From Malacoraja senta (Eukaryota), in assembly GCA_038087875.1 (NCBI GenBank), contig CM075981.1, forward strand, positions 2,480,001 through 2,544,000: a stretch of 64,000 nt of DNA. Reading direction: 5' to 3'. The notes beneath the pieces were generated by a model. It saw nothing but the letters and a program-made list of their open reading frames with translations, was not told the DNA's origin and did not search any database. Positions 36,480 through 47,275 of this stretch are shown in pieces. The translations under genes were made by a program, and so were the position numbers. Numbering within the stretch: position 1 is the first letter of the stretch; each line of letters begins with the position of its first letter.

Positions 36480-37050
36480 ACAATAGACAATAGACAATAG
36501 GTGCAGGAGTAGGCCATTTGGCCCTTCGAGCCAGCATCGCCATTCAATATGATCATGGCTGCTCATCCCCAATCAGTACCCCGTTCCTGCCTTCTCCCCA
36601 TATCCCCTGACTCCGCTATTTTTAAGAACTCTATCTAGCTCTCTCTTGAAAGCATCCAGAGAACCGGCCTCCACCACCCTCTGACGCAGAGAATTCCACA
36701 GACTCACCAGTCTCTGTGAGAAAAAGTGTTTCCTCATCTCCGTTCTAAATTGCTTACTCCTTATTCTTAAACTGTGGCCCCTGGTTCTGGACTCCCCCAA
36801 CATCGGGAACATGTTTCCTGCCTCTAGCGTGTCCAAACCCTTAACAATCTTATATGTTTCAATGAGATCCTCCCATCCTTCTAAACTCCAGAGTGTACAA
36901 GCCCAGCCGCTCCATTCTCTCAGCATATGACAGTCCCGCCATCCCGGGAATTAACCTTGTAAACCTACGCTGCACTCCCTCAATAGCAAGAATGTCCTTC
37001 CACAAATTAGGGGACCAAAACTGTACACAATACTCCAGGTGTGGTCTCAG
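36480..37050 (-). mobile_element. CR1 3' fragment (mirror at ~57175-57750, +)
   Basis: CR1 C-terminal peptide and (ctattgt)n tail. Confidence 0.9.
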
Positions 37051-37222
37051 GTCAGGGGCAAGGTCAGGGGCAAGTCAGCACAACCACCCCATAATGTCTG
37101 TCATTGTAAACGTGACACACTTAGGTCAACACCAAATTTAGGAACAGCATTTTATTTTGTAGTCACTGAAATCATCATGCTCCTGTCCCTTGGAAGGGCT
37201 TGTGTTGAATCAGTGGGAGGTT

Positions 37223-37787
37223 TCACTGCACTGTCAGCTTGGTGTTCAGTTTACACGGCTCGTTATTAACCAGCCAAGCGCACAAATATTTCCCAGCATC
37301 TTCCTCTTCCAGCCCCGTCAGGACCAACGAGGCGTCCCGTGTCTCATCCACTTTTGTTTTCATGAATTTCCAGCGTCCGGGTGACCCTGGATATTGCGCA
37401 CCGTTCCTGTCAGTAAACACGGCGATCGTATCTTTTCCTTTCGTCCACAGCACCACAAATTTATCGGCTCCACCGTCTTCTTTGGGCATTTTGCAGGATA
37501 GCTGAGCAGAACTCGAAGGGCCGAATGGCCTACTCCTGCACCTATTTTCTATGTTTCTAACCACCCTTACTGGCCGTCACCTCCGTCCATCTCATCTTCT
37601 CTGGAGCGAGGTTAACACCGCATTGTGGAGTTGGATCTTCATTGACTTGCCGAGACGCCCGTGCGTTCCACCCGGGCAAGTTTGCTTCCTCTCCCCATTC
37701 TCTGGAGATCAGACCTGTTCCAGTTCCGGAGACTTGCCACACCATCTCCACAAGGACCATGAATCCTATCCATCTCTGCAGTCCCAT
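37223..37787 (-). pseudogene. U3: Ig V preproprotein gene (subfamily B) disrupted by a 49-nt CR1-tail insertion
   Basis: The prepro (RASR) and V domain (SAQLSCK...WTKG...RDASLVL...DAGKYLC) are intact on either side of the insertion at 37510-37558, which creates a TAG stop. Confidence 0.88.
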
Positions 37788-38366
37788 GTTCCTGTGGGTG
37801 AAACAATGGGTCACCTTATTGCAACTCAGTAGGATTCATGATGACATTCCCTGAACCCGCCCAGAGTTGGGGAATCAAGAACCAGAGGACATCAGTTTAA
37901 GGTGAGGGGGGGAAAGATTTAATGGGAAACTGAGGGGTGACTTTTTTACACAAAGGGTGGAGGTTGTTTGGAACGAGCTGCCGGGAGAGGTAGTTGAGGC
38001 AGGTACTATCACAATGATTAAGAAACAGTTAGACAGGTACATTGATAGGACAAGATTAGAGGGGTAAGGGCCAAAAGCAGGCAGGTGGAACTAGTTTTGA
38101 TGGGACAAGTTGGTGGGCGAGGGCAAGTTGGGCCAAAGGTTTCGCTGTATGACTCTATGACTCCATCACTTGTCCCACCCCGGTCATTCCTCCTTCTCCC
38201 TGGTCCTGTCTAGCAGAAGGTACAGAAGCTTGAAAGCTCACACCACCAGACTCAGGAACAGCTTCTTCCCCTCTGCTATCAGGCTTCTGAACTGGGGGAA
38301 CAGTGAACAGAGACAATCCCACCCCCATCACTCACAGACACTTGAAGGATCCACAGGGGTGGTTAC

Positions 38367-38525
38367 CAGCTCCGGAGTCTCAACACAGGGTGACGGGGCC
38401 GGTCTTGTTCACATCTCCTGCCATCGCTCGCTCCTTTTATACCTACTCCCGGCTTCTCCTGACCCTCATTGCCTGCGCTCACGTACTTTCAACCAATCAC
38501 TGCCTCCCACGGAGCGTTGGCCGGA
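38367..38525 (-). promoter_or_regulatory. U3 promoter + non-coding exon 1
   Basis: TATAAAAG at 38434-38441; donor at 38367/38366. Confidence 0.7.
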
Positions 38526-38799
38526 GTCAGCCACGACCTCTCCACCCTCTGCCAAACGTGTCCTTGCATCAGCCGTTAACGTTTAACAAGAACAACGCCA
38601 TCCCAGCTGCCAGCGGCCAACCAGGCGGCCACACATAGCACTGGAAGGCAGCAACACTCCCGCTGCGCCACTGTGCCGCCCTTGCATTGGCCTCTTGCAC
38701 AAGTTATAAAAGTATGAGGTCCAGATAGGGTAGACAGTCAGAACCAATTTTCCATGGTGAAAATGCCAAGGACGTCAGGGTGAAAAAGGAAAAAAATTA

Positions 38800-39330
38800 A
38801 GATGTGCGGGGCATATCTTTTTGCACAGAGGGTGGTGGGTGCCTGGAACACGCTGCTGTGGGTGGTGGAGGCAGATACAATAGTTAAGAGGCTTTATGTA
38901 AAAAATCTCATGGATATGTAGGGAATGGAGGATTATGGATCACGTGCAGGCAGAGGAGATTCGTTTAACTTGGCATCATGCTCAGCACGGACCTTGTGGG
39001 CCGAATGGCCTGTTCCTGTGCTGTACTGTTCCACGTTCTATGTTACATCGTCTTCTCAATCACATCTTGAGAAGAACATTTTCCAGAGGTGCCCTGGTAC
39101 CACCAGTGTGACATTCATTGTACCTGCTGCAGCCAATGAGTGTGTTGTGTATACAGCCAGAGGAGAAGAGGAGATTTATGTGGAGTTTCATTTTGTAATC
39201 ATTATTTATTTAATGTCATAGTGTAATAGAGTCATAGAGTGATACAGCGTGGAAACAGGCCCTTCGGCCCAACTTGCCCACACTGGCCAACATGTCCCAG
39301 TTACACTAGCCTCACCTGTAAAACTGTCCT
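38800..39330 (+). repeat. Locus-specific block X (direct repeats at ~38800-39330, ~45810-46330, ~55300-55760)
   Basis: Near-identical ~170-bp core (tcttctcaatcacatcttgagaagaacattttccagaggtgccctggtacc...) flanked by CR1/SINE tails. Confidence 0.85.
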
Positions 39331-40865
39331 ATCCATGTACCTGACTCACTGTTTCTTAAACATTGGGATCTAAATGTGGCCTCACCAACGTCTTCTACAG
39401 CTGCAAGATGATCTCCCAACCTCCATACTCAATACTGCGACTGCATCTTCAAGGAACCATGTACCTTCAATCATAGATCCCTCTGCTCTACAACATTCCC
39501 CAGAGCTGGACTATTCACTGTGTAGGTACTGCACATGTTAGACTCCCCAAAACACAACACCTCACATTATTCTGTATTAAATTCCGTCAACCGTTCCTCA
39601 GCCCACCTGGCCAATATCTCTCTTTTTTTTTTTAATCACTATTTAAAAAAAAAAATTATTAGAAGCAATTGTACGAAGATAAAACATTCGGCATCTAAAA
39701 TTATACAATTATTGTACAATCATTTTTAACCTTATAACCTATATTATGAAAATGAAAAAAAGGAAAGAAAGAGAAAGCAAGAAAAGGAAGAAGTAAAAAG
39801 TGAAAAGATAAACAGGAGAAAGTCCCCTAAACTACCAAAGCAGTGTGGTAGAAAGATAGTGGAATGAAAAAAAGAAAAATGGAGATATACCTTGCCCCTC
39901 GCCCCCCCCCCACCCCCCCCCCCCGCCCCTCCCCCACCCCTGCCTCACCCAACCTAGCATCGGATTTAAATTTAAATTTGTGTTTCACCATACTATTATT
40001 GTCAAGATCCTACTGCAATTTTTCACAACCATCTCCACTATCTGCGAAACCGCCTACTTTAGTATCATCTGCCTTTACTTTTGTTCCTGTTTTGTTCCTG
40101 ACAACATTCCCCTTTACTTTTGTTCCTGTTCTCAACATCTGCAGACTCCTGATTTTCCACATGTTGTTCCGTCCCCGTGTGGTCATGCCCAATGATGGAC
40201 ACAGCTCATAGAACCCGGCGATGTTGCCCGTAGTGAGCAAGAGTTGCACAAAGTTCACACCCAACTCTTCTTCTTCTTGCGTATGGCGTGCACAGCCTAA
40301 AGTTGTTGTACAACTTGTTCTATTTGATCTTATTTGATTGTGCACGCCAGGTTGATTGCATTCGTCGAAACAGGGCGGACCACGTGAAGGTTGCAATCTC
40401 CCACCCCACACCCAACTCAATGCTGGTGTACAAAGAATCACTCACACCGGCTGCATTCAAGAGAGTTTATTTCCATTAATGGTACATTTACCGATGCAAG
40501 CAGGGGCTGTTCCATTCCACTACATTCGCCCCATACCCCCCTAAACCTTTCCCTGTACCAAGTGTGTATTAAATATTGTTACAGTTCTATAAACCCAGTG
40601 AAAATGTTGCCCCTCAGGTTCCTATTAAATCTTGCCCCTCTCACCTTAAACTTATGTCCCTGGTTCTTGATTCCCGTACCCCGGGTAAAAGATGCTTTGT
40701 GTTCAGCCCTCTATTCCCCTCATCAGTGACTACAATCTAAAATGCTGTTGTTGGCCTAAGTGTGTCAAGTTTATAATGAGGGATGTTCTTGTGTGTTTGT
40801 GCTGTCCTGCCACTGCCTGTTGCTCCTGTCACTTGGAGGGGCCTGTGCTGAATCAGTGGGAGGTT

Positions 40866-41381
40866 TCACTTCACTGCAAGCTTGATATTTAGTCTACATT
40901 CCCCTTGGCTAGTGAACCAAGCGCAGGAATATATCCCAATATCACTCTCTTGTACACCCATGATTACCAACGAGGCATCCCGTGTCCCAGCCACATCTGT
41001 TTTCATGAACTCCCAGCGGCTGACACCCCCTGGATAGGTTGCACCTTTCCCTACAGTAAACACGCCCAGTGTCCCCTTCCCTTTAGTCCAGCTGACCACA
41101 AAATGCGTGGGTCCAGCCTTCCCTGTGGGTACTTTACAGGGTAGCGTAGCAGAACCACCCTTGCGTGCCGTCATCTCCGTCCATTTCGTCTTTTTCACAG
41201 TTGGATTAACACCGCATTCTGGAGTTTCTTGTTTGTTGACTTGTCGAGGCTCCCGTGCGTTCCACCCGGGCAAGTTTGCTTCCTCTCCCCATTCCCTGGA
41301 GATCGGACCTGTTCCAGTTCCGGAGACTTGCCACACCATCTCCACAAGGACCATGAATCCTATCCATCTCTGCAGTCCCAT
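40866..41381 (-). CDS. U4: secreted single Ig V-domain preproprotein (171 aa), intact, subfamily B
   Basis: Same signal and propeptide (REPR), V motifs ATLPCK / VSWTK / RDASLVI / DIGIYSC, then a stop. Acceptor cccacag|gaac precedes the ATG. Confidence 0.85.
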   Translation of the reverse strand: MGLQRWIGFMVLVEMVWQVSGTGTGPISREWGEEANLPGWNAREPRQVNKQETPECGVNPTVKKTKWTEMTARKGGSATLPCKVPTGKAGPTHFVVSWTKGKGTLGVFTVGKGATYPGGVSRWEFMKTDVAGTRDASLVIMGVQESDIGIYSCAWFTSQGECRLNIKLAVK

Positions 41382-41435
41382 GTTCCTGTGGGTGAAACAA
41401 TGGGTCACCTTATTGCAACTCAGTAGGATTCATGA

Positions 41436-42933
41436 ATCTTTAGATTCTGGAGTAGTTCCTGAGGATTGGAAGGTAGCAAACGTAACCCCACTTTTTAAGA
41501 AGGGAGGGAGAGAGAAAACGGGGAATTACAGACCAGTTAGTCTAACATCGGTAGTGGGGAAACTGCTAGAGTCACTTATTAAAGATGGGATAGCAGCACA
41601 TTTGGAAAGTGGTGAAATCATTGGACAAAGTCAGCATGGATTTACGAAAGGTAAATCATGTCTGCCGAATCTTATAGAATTTTTCGAGGATGTAACTAGT
41701 AGAGTGGATAGGGGAGGACCAGTGGATGTGTTGTATCTGGACTTTCAGAAGGCTTTCGACAAGATACCACATAAGAGATTAGTATACAAACTTAAAGCAC
41801 ACGATATTGGGGGTTCAGTATTGATGTGGATAGGGAACTGGCTGGCAGACAGGAAGCAAAGAGTAGGAGTAAACGGGTCCTTTTCACAATGGCAGGCAGT
41901 GACTAGTGGGGTACCGCAAGGCTCAGTGCTGGGACCCCAGCTATTTACAATTTATATTAATGAACTGGATGAGGGAATTGAAGGCAACATCTCCAAGTTT
42001 GCGGATGACACTAAGCTGGGGGGCAGTGTTAGCTGTGAGGAGGATGCTAGGAGACTGCAAGGTGACTTGGATAGGCTGGGTGAGTGGGCAAATGTTTGGC
42101 AGATGCAGTATAATGTGGATAAATGTGAGGTTATCCACTTTGGTGGCAAAAACAGGAAAGCAGACTATTATCTAAATGGTGGCCGATTAGGAAATGGGGA
42201 GATGCAGCGAGACCTGGGTGTCATGGTACACCAGTCATTGAAAGTAGGCATGCAGGTGCAGCAGGCAGTGAAGAAAGCGAATGGTATGTTAGCTTTCATA
42301 GCAAAAGGATTTGAGTATAGGAGCAGGGAGGTTCTACTGCAGTTGTACAGGGTCTTGGTGAGACCACACCTAGAGTATTGCGTACAGTTTTGGTCTCCAA
42401 ATCTGAGGAAGGACATTATAGCCATAGAGGGAGTGCAGAGAAGGTTCACCAGACTGATTCCTGGGATGTCAGGACTTTCATATGCAGAAAGACTGGATAG
42501 ACTTGGCTTATACTCGCTAGAATTTAGGAGATTGAGAGGGGATCTTATAGAAACGTACAACATTTTTATGGGGTTGGACAGGCTAGATGCAAGAAGATTG
42601 TTCCCGATGTTGGGGAAGTCCAGGACAAGGGGTCACAGCTTAAGGATAAGGGTGAAATCCTTTAAGACCGAGATGAGGAAAAACTTTTTCACACAGAGAG
42701 TGGTGAATCTCTGGAACTCTCTGCCACAGAGGGTAGTTGAGGCCAGTTCATTGGCTATATTTAAGAGGGAGTTAGATGTGGCCCTTGTGGCTAAGGGGAT
42801 CAGGGGGTATGGAGAGAAGGCAGGTACAGGATACTGAGTTGGATGATCAGCCATGATCATATTGAATGGCGGTGCAGGCTCGAAGGGCCGAATGGCCTAC
42901 TCCTGCACCTATTTTCTATGTATCTATGTATCT
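41436..42933 (+). mobile_element. 5'-truncated young CR1 LINE in the U4 intron; RT frame open to its stop at 42837
   Basis: Uninterrupted RT C-terminal frame ([25 protein letters not shown]), (tatctatg)n tail, and apparent TSD atga. Confidence 0.95.
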
Positions 42934-43505
42934 ATGATGACATTCTCTGAAGCTGCTGCCACCACACTGGGCAATGTCGCTGTGCAGCTTCTTCAGTTCC
43001 CGCCTGGTTTATTTTAAGTTGCTTTGACCTGTCATGGACCAACAACATTGAAGTGGCAGCCAAGGAGGCACACCGATGCATCTACTTCCCCGGAGATCGA
43101 GGAAATATTGCAAGTCTCCAATGTCTCTTAGAATCTTCTACAGATGCACCATGGAGTGCAGACTGTGGGGTTGCATCACAACTAGGTTTGGGAACAGCTC
43201 TGAGCCCAAGACCACAAGAAATTGCAGAGAGTTGTGGATGGAGCCCAGTCCATCACACAGAACACACTCCCCACCAGTGACTCCATCTACAACCCAAAAA
43301 ATCAAAGACTTGTCCCACCCCGGTCATTCCTCCTTCTCCCTGGTCCTGTCTAGCAGAAGGTACAGAAGCTTGAAAGCGCGCACCACCAGACTCAGGAACA
43401 GCTTCTTCCCCTCTGCTATCAGGCTTCTGAACTGCGGGAACAGTGAACAGAGACAATCCCACCCCATCACTCACAGACACTTGAAGGATCCACAGGGGTG
43501 GTTAC

Positions 43506-43665
43506 CAGCTCCAGAGTCTCCACACAGGGTGTCGGGGCCGGTCTTGTTCATATCTCCTGCCATCGCTCGCTCCTTTTATACCTACTCCCGGCTTCTCCTG
43601 ACCCTCATTGCCTGCGCTCACGTACTTTCAACCAATCACTGCCTCCCACGGAGCGTTGGCCGGAG
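43506..43665 (-). promoter_or_regulatory. U4 promoter + non-coding exon 1
   Basis: TATAAAAG at 43573-43580; donor gctg|gtaacc at 43506/43505. Confidence 0.7.
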
Positions 43666-44164
43666 TCAGCCGCGACCTCTCCACCCTCTGCCAAACGTGT
43701 CCTTGCATCAGCCGTTGACGTTTAACAAGAACGACGCCATCCCAGCTGCCAGCGGCCAACCAGGCGCCCCACACATCCTGCTTGTGTCTCCACCACGTCT
43801 GGCCCAGCCACGCCCTGGCACCTGCGCTGGTTTCACAGTTTATACTCAATATGAGCCGGCGGTGCGGTGGGATTGGTCGTAGCTGAATCCGGCCTATGCC
43901 CCGTGGGAGGCAGTGATTGGATCAATACTTCCTTCCCAACAACCATCAGGCTCTTGAACACGACACGACTCTGAGCTCAACGATGAACGTCTATAGACTG
44001 TCTTTGGTTGTACAAAGGATGTTGGCTTTACACACTATTGTATTGGGCTCTCTCATTTACTGAATCCTTTTGCTTTTTACATATTATATCCGTGTGGTTT
44101 ATTGTGTAAAAGGCTCCTCAACACAGGACACTTTCCAGTCATGGTTTTCCTTCCTTTTCCCCAG

Positions 44165-44298
44165 GCTCAGTGGCTGATGACCAACAACTGTGGAGGAGCC
44201 ATGTTGTGGTCTCTAGATTTTGATGACAACAAGATGTAAAGAAGGTGTTTATCCCTTTGATCAGTGCATTGAAATCCCTCCTCAACATTAACAGTCGG
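44165..44298 (+). pseudogene. Orphan degenerate chitinase exon (homolog of coding exon 10)
   Basis: A polypyrimidine/ccag acceptor is followed by AQWLMTNNCGGAMLWSLDFDD (functional exon: VEWLKKNNFGGAMVWDLALDD). Frameshifted CKEGVYP / LISALKSLLNI follows. Confidence 0.75.
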
Positions 44299-46539
44299 TT
44301 CAATTATTATTTGCATCCCAAGTTTAACAGGTCTGAGCAGCAAAGTTGTGTCATGGAGTTGCCTTTAGCTGAGTTGAGTCGAGTTGACTTGAGTTGACTT
44401 GAGTTTACTTTAGATTTGTTTAGAGCGATCGCCCGTACACAAGTTCTAACCTACACACAAGGGACAATTTACTGAAGCCAATTAACCTACAAACCTGCAC
44501 ATCTTCGAAATCTGTCAGGAAACTGTAGCACCCGGAGGAAACCCACACGGTCATAGGGACAACTTACAACCTCCGTACAGACAGTACCCACAGTCAGCAT
44601 TGAACCCGGGTCTCTGGCGCTGTAAGGCAGCAACTCTACTGCTGCATCACTGAGCCTCCCTTACATTGGCCTCTTGCACTGTTGGGGCTGCTGATTAGAG
44701 TCCAGTTTTGATCCTCATTGGGAGTGTGCAGAAACATAGAAACATAGAAAATTGGTGCAGGAGTAAGCCATTCGGCCCTTCGAGCCAGCACCGCCATTCA
44801 ATATGATCATCGCTGAACATCCTAAATCAGTACCCCGTTCCTGCTTTCTCCCCATATCCCTTGATTCCGTTAGCACTAAGAGCTAAATCTAACTCTCTCT
44901 TGAGAACATCCAGTGAATTGGCCTCCACTACCTTCTGTGGCAGAGAATTCCACAGATTCACAACTCTCTGGGTGAAAAGGTTTTATTCATCTCAGTCCTA
45001 AATGGCCGACCCCTTATTCTTAAACTGTGACCCCTTGGTTCCCCCAACATCGGGAACATTTTTCCTGCATCTATCTAGTCTGTCCAATCCTTTAAGAATT
45101 TTATATGTTTTTATAAGTTCCAGTCTCATCCTAAATTCCAGTGAATACAAGCAGTCGAGCCATTCTTTCATCATATGTCAGTCCCGCCATCCTGGGAATT
45201 AACCTGGTGAACCTACGTTGCACTCCTTCAATAGCAAGAATGCCCTTCCTCAAAATGACAGTGGAGGGCTGCCACTACAGAGACATCCAATAGACCTGAT
45301 AGAATGATATAGAATTATGAGAGGCGTAGATAGCGGAATTAACCAGAAGCAATTTCCCAAAAGCTTTTCCCAAAGGAGAGGGTTCAGAAGCGGTTTCCCA
45401 AAATGATGCCGGGATTGGAGGTTGTTAGTTATAAAGACAGGTTGGATAGTCTCGGATTGTATTCTCTAGAACTTCAGATGTTGAGGGGAGACCTGACAGA
45501 AGGTTATAAAATTATGAGAGCCAGATAGGGGAGACAGTCAGAACCAATTTCGCAGGGTGGAAATGCCAAAGACTAGAGGGCATCGCTTTAGGGTAGGATG
45601 CTTTCAAGAGAGAGTTAGATAGAGCTCTTAAAGATAGCGGAGTCAAGGGATATGGGGAGAAGGCAGGAATGGGGTACCGATTGTGGATGATCAGCCATGA
45701 TCACAGTGAATGGCGGTGCTGGCTCGAAGGGCCGAATGGGCAACTACTGCGCATATTATTTATTGTCTATTGTCTATTGTCTATTGAGATAGGAAAAATG
45801 TTAAGATGGGCGGGTCACAGAGGGTATTGGGTGCCTGGAACCCGCTGCTGTGGGTGGTGGTGGCAGATACAATAGTTAAGAGTCTTTATCTAAAAAATCT
45901 CATGAATATGCAGGGAATGGAGGATTATGGATCACAGAGGAGATTAGCTTAACATGGCATCATGTTCAGCACGGACCTTGTGGGCCGAAGGGCCTGTTCC
46001 TGTGCTGTACTGTTCCATGTTCTATGTTACATAGTCTTCTCAATCACATCTTGAGAAGAACATTTTCCAGAGGTGCCCTGGTACCACCAGTGGGACATTC
46101 ATTGTACCTGCTGCAGCCAATGAGTGTGTTGTGTATACAGCCAGAGGAGAAGAGGAGATTTATGTGGAGTTTCATTTTGTAATCATTATTTATTTAATGT
46201 CATAGTGTAATAGAGTCATAGTGATACAGCGTGGAAACAGGCCCTTCGGCCCAACTTGCCCACACTGGCCAACATGTCCCAGCTACACTAGTCCCACCTG
46301 TTGGCCATATCCCTCCAAATCTGACCTATACCTGTTCCTGCCTAACTGTTTCTTAAACGTTGGGATAGTTTCTGCCTCAACTGCGATGGTTGACCAGAGC
46401 CAGACGTGGTGGAGACACAAGCAGGATGTGTGGGGCGCCTGGTTGGCCGCTGGCAGCTGGGATGACGTTGTTCTTGTTAAACGTTAACAGCTGATGCAAG
46501 GACACGTTTGGCAGAGGGTGGAGAGGTCGTGGCTGACTC

Positions 46540-46696
46540 CGGCCATTGCTCCGTGGGAGGCAGTGATTGGTTGAAAGTACATGAGCGCAGCCAATGAGGG
46601 TCAGGAGAAGCCGGGAGTAGGTATAAAAGGAGCGAGCGATGGCAGGAGATGTGAACAAGACCGGCCCCGTCACCCTGTGTGGAGACTCCGGAGCTG
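46540..46696 (+). promoter_or_regulatory. U5 promoter + non-coding exon 1
   Basis: gattgg, ccaat (46591), TATAAAAG at 46622-46629, donor gctg|gtaacc at 46696/46697, intron 46697-47271. Confidence 0.75.
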
Positions 46697-47275
46697 GTAA
46701 CCACCCCTGTGGATCCTTCAAGTGTCTGTGAGTGATGGGGGTGGGATTGTCTCTGTTCACTGTTCCCGCAGTTCAGAAGCCTGATAGCAGAGGGGAAGAA
46801 GCTGTTCCTGAGTCTGGTGGTGTGAGCTTTCAAGCTTCTGTACCTTCTGCCAGACAGGACCAGGGAGAAGGAGGAATGACCGGGGTGGGACAAGTGATGG
46901 AGTCATAGAGACATACAGCGAGACCTTTGGCCCAACTTGCCCGCGCCCACCAACTTGTCCCATCAAATCTAGTTCCACCTGCCTGCTTTTGGCTCTTACC
47001 CCTCTAATCCTGTCCTATCAATGTACCTGTCTAACTGTTTCTTAATCATTGTGATAGTACCTGCCTCAACTACCACTTCCGGCAGCTCGTTCCAAACAAC
47101 CTCCACCCTTTGTGTAAAAAAGTCACCCCTCAGTTTCCAATTAAATCTTTCCTCCCCTCACCTTAAACCGATGTCCTCTGATTCTCGATTCCCCAACTCT
47201 GGGCGGGTTCAGGGAATGTCATCATGAATCCTACTGAGTTGCAATAAGGTGACCCATTGTTTCAACCACAGGAAC

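Larger units (their letters stand above)
29943..38630. repeat. Left arm of large inverted duplication
   Basis: The reverse complement of 55800-64000 matches in order: SINE, minisatellite, gap, GC block, CR1 fragments, U3/U6, promoter. Substitutions and indels separate the arms. Confidence 0.95.

Noticed and set aside
41107-42837. 576-aa ORF that looks like a novel RT fusion protein
   Set aside because: Its first ~110 codons are the antisense strand of U4 and its intron; the rest is a 5'-truncated CR1 RT that happens to be in frame. No promoter or independent support.
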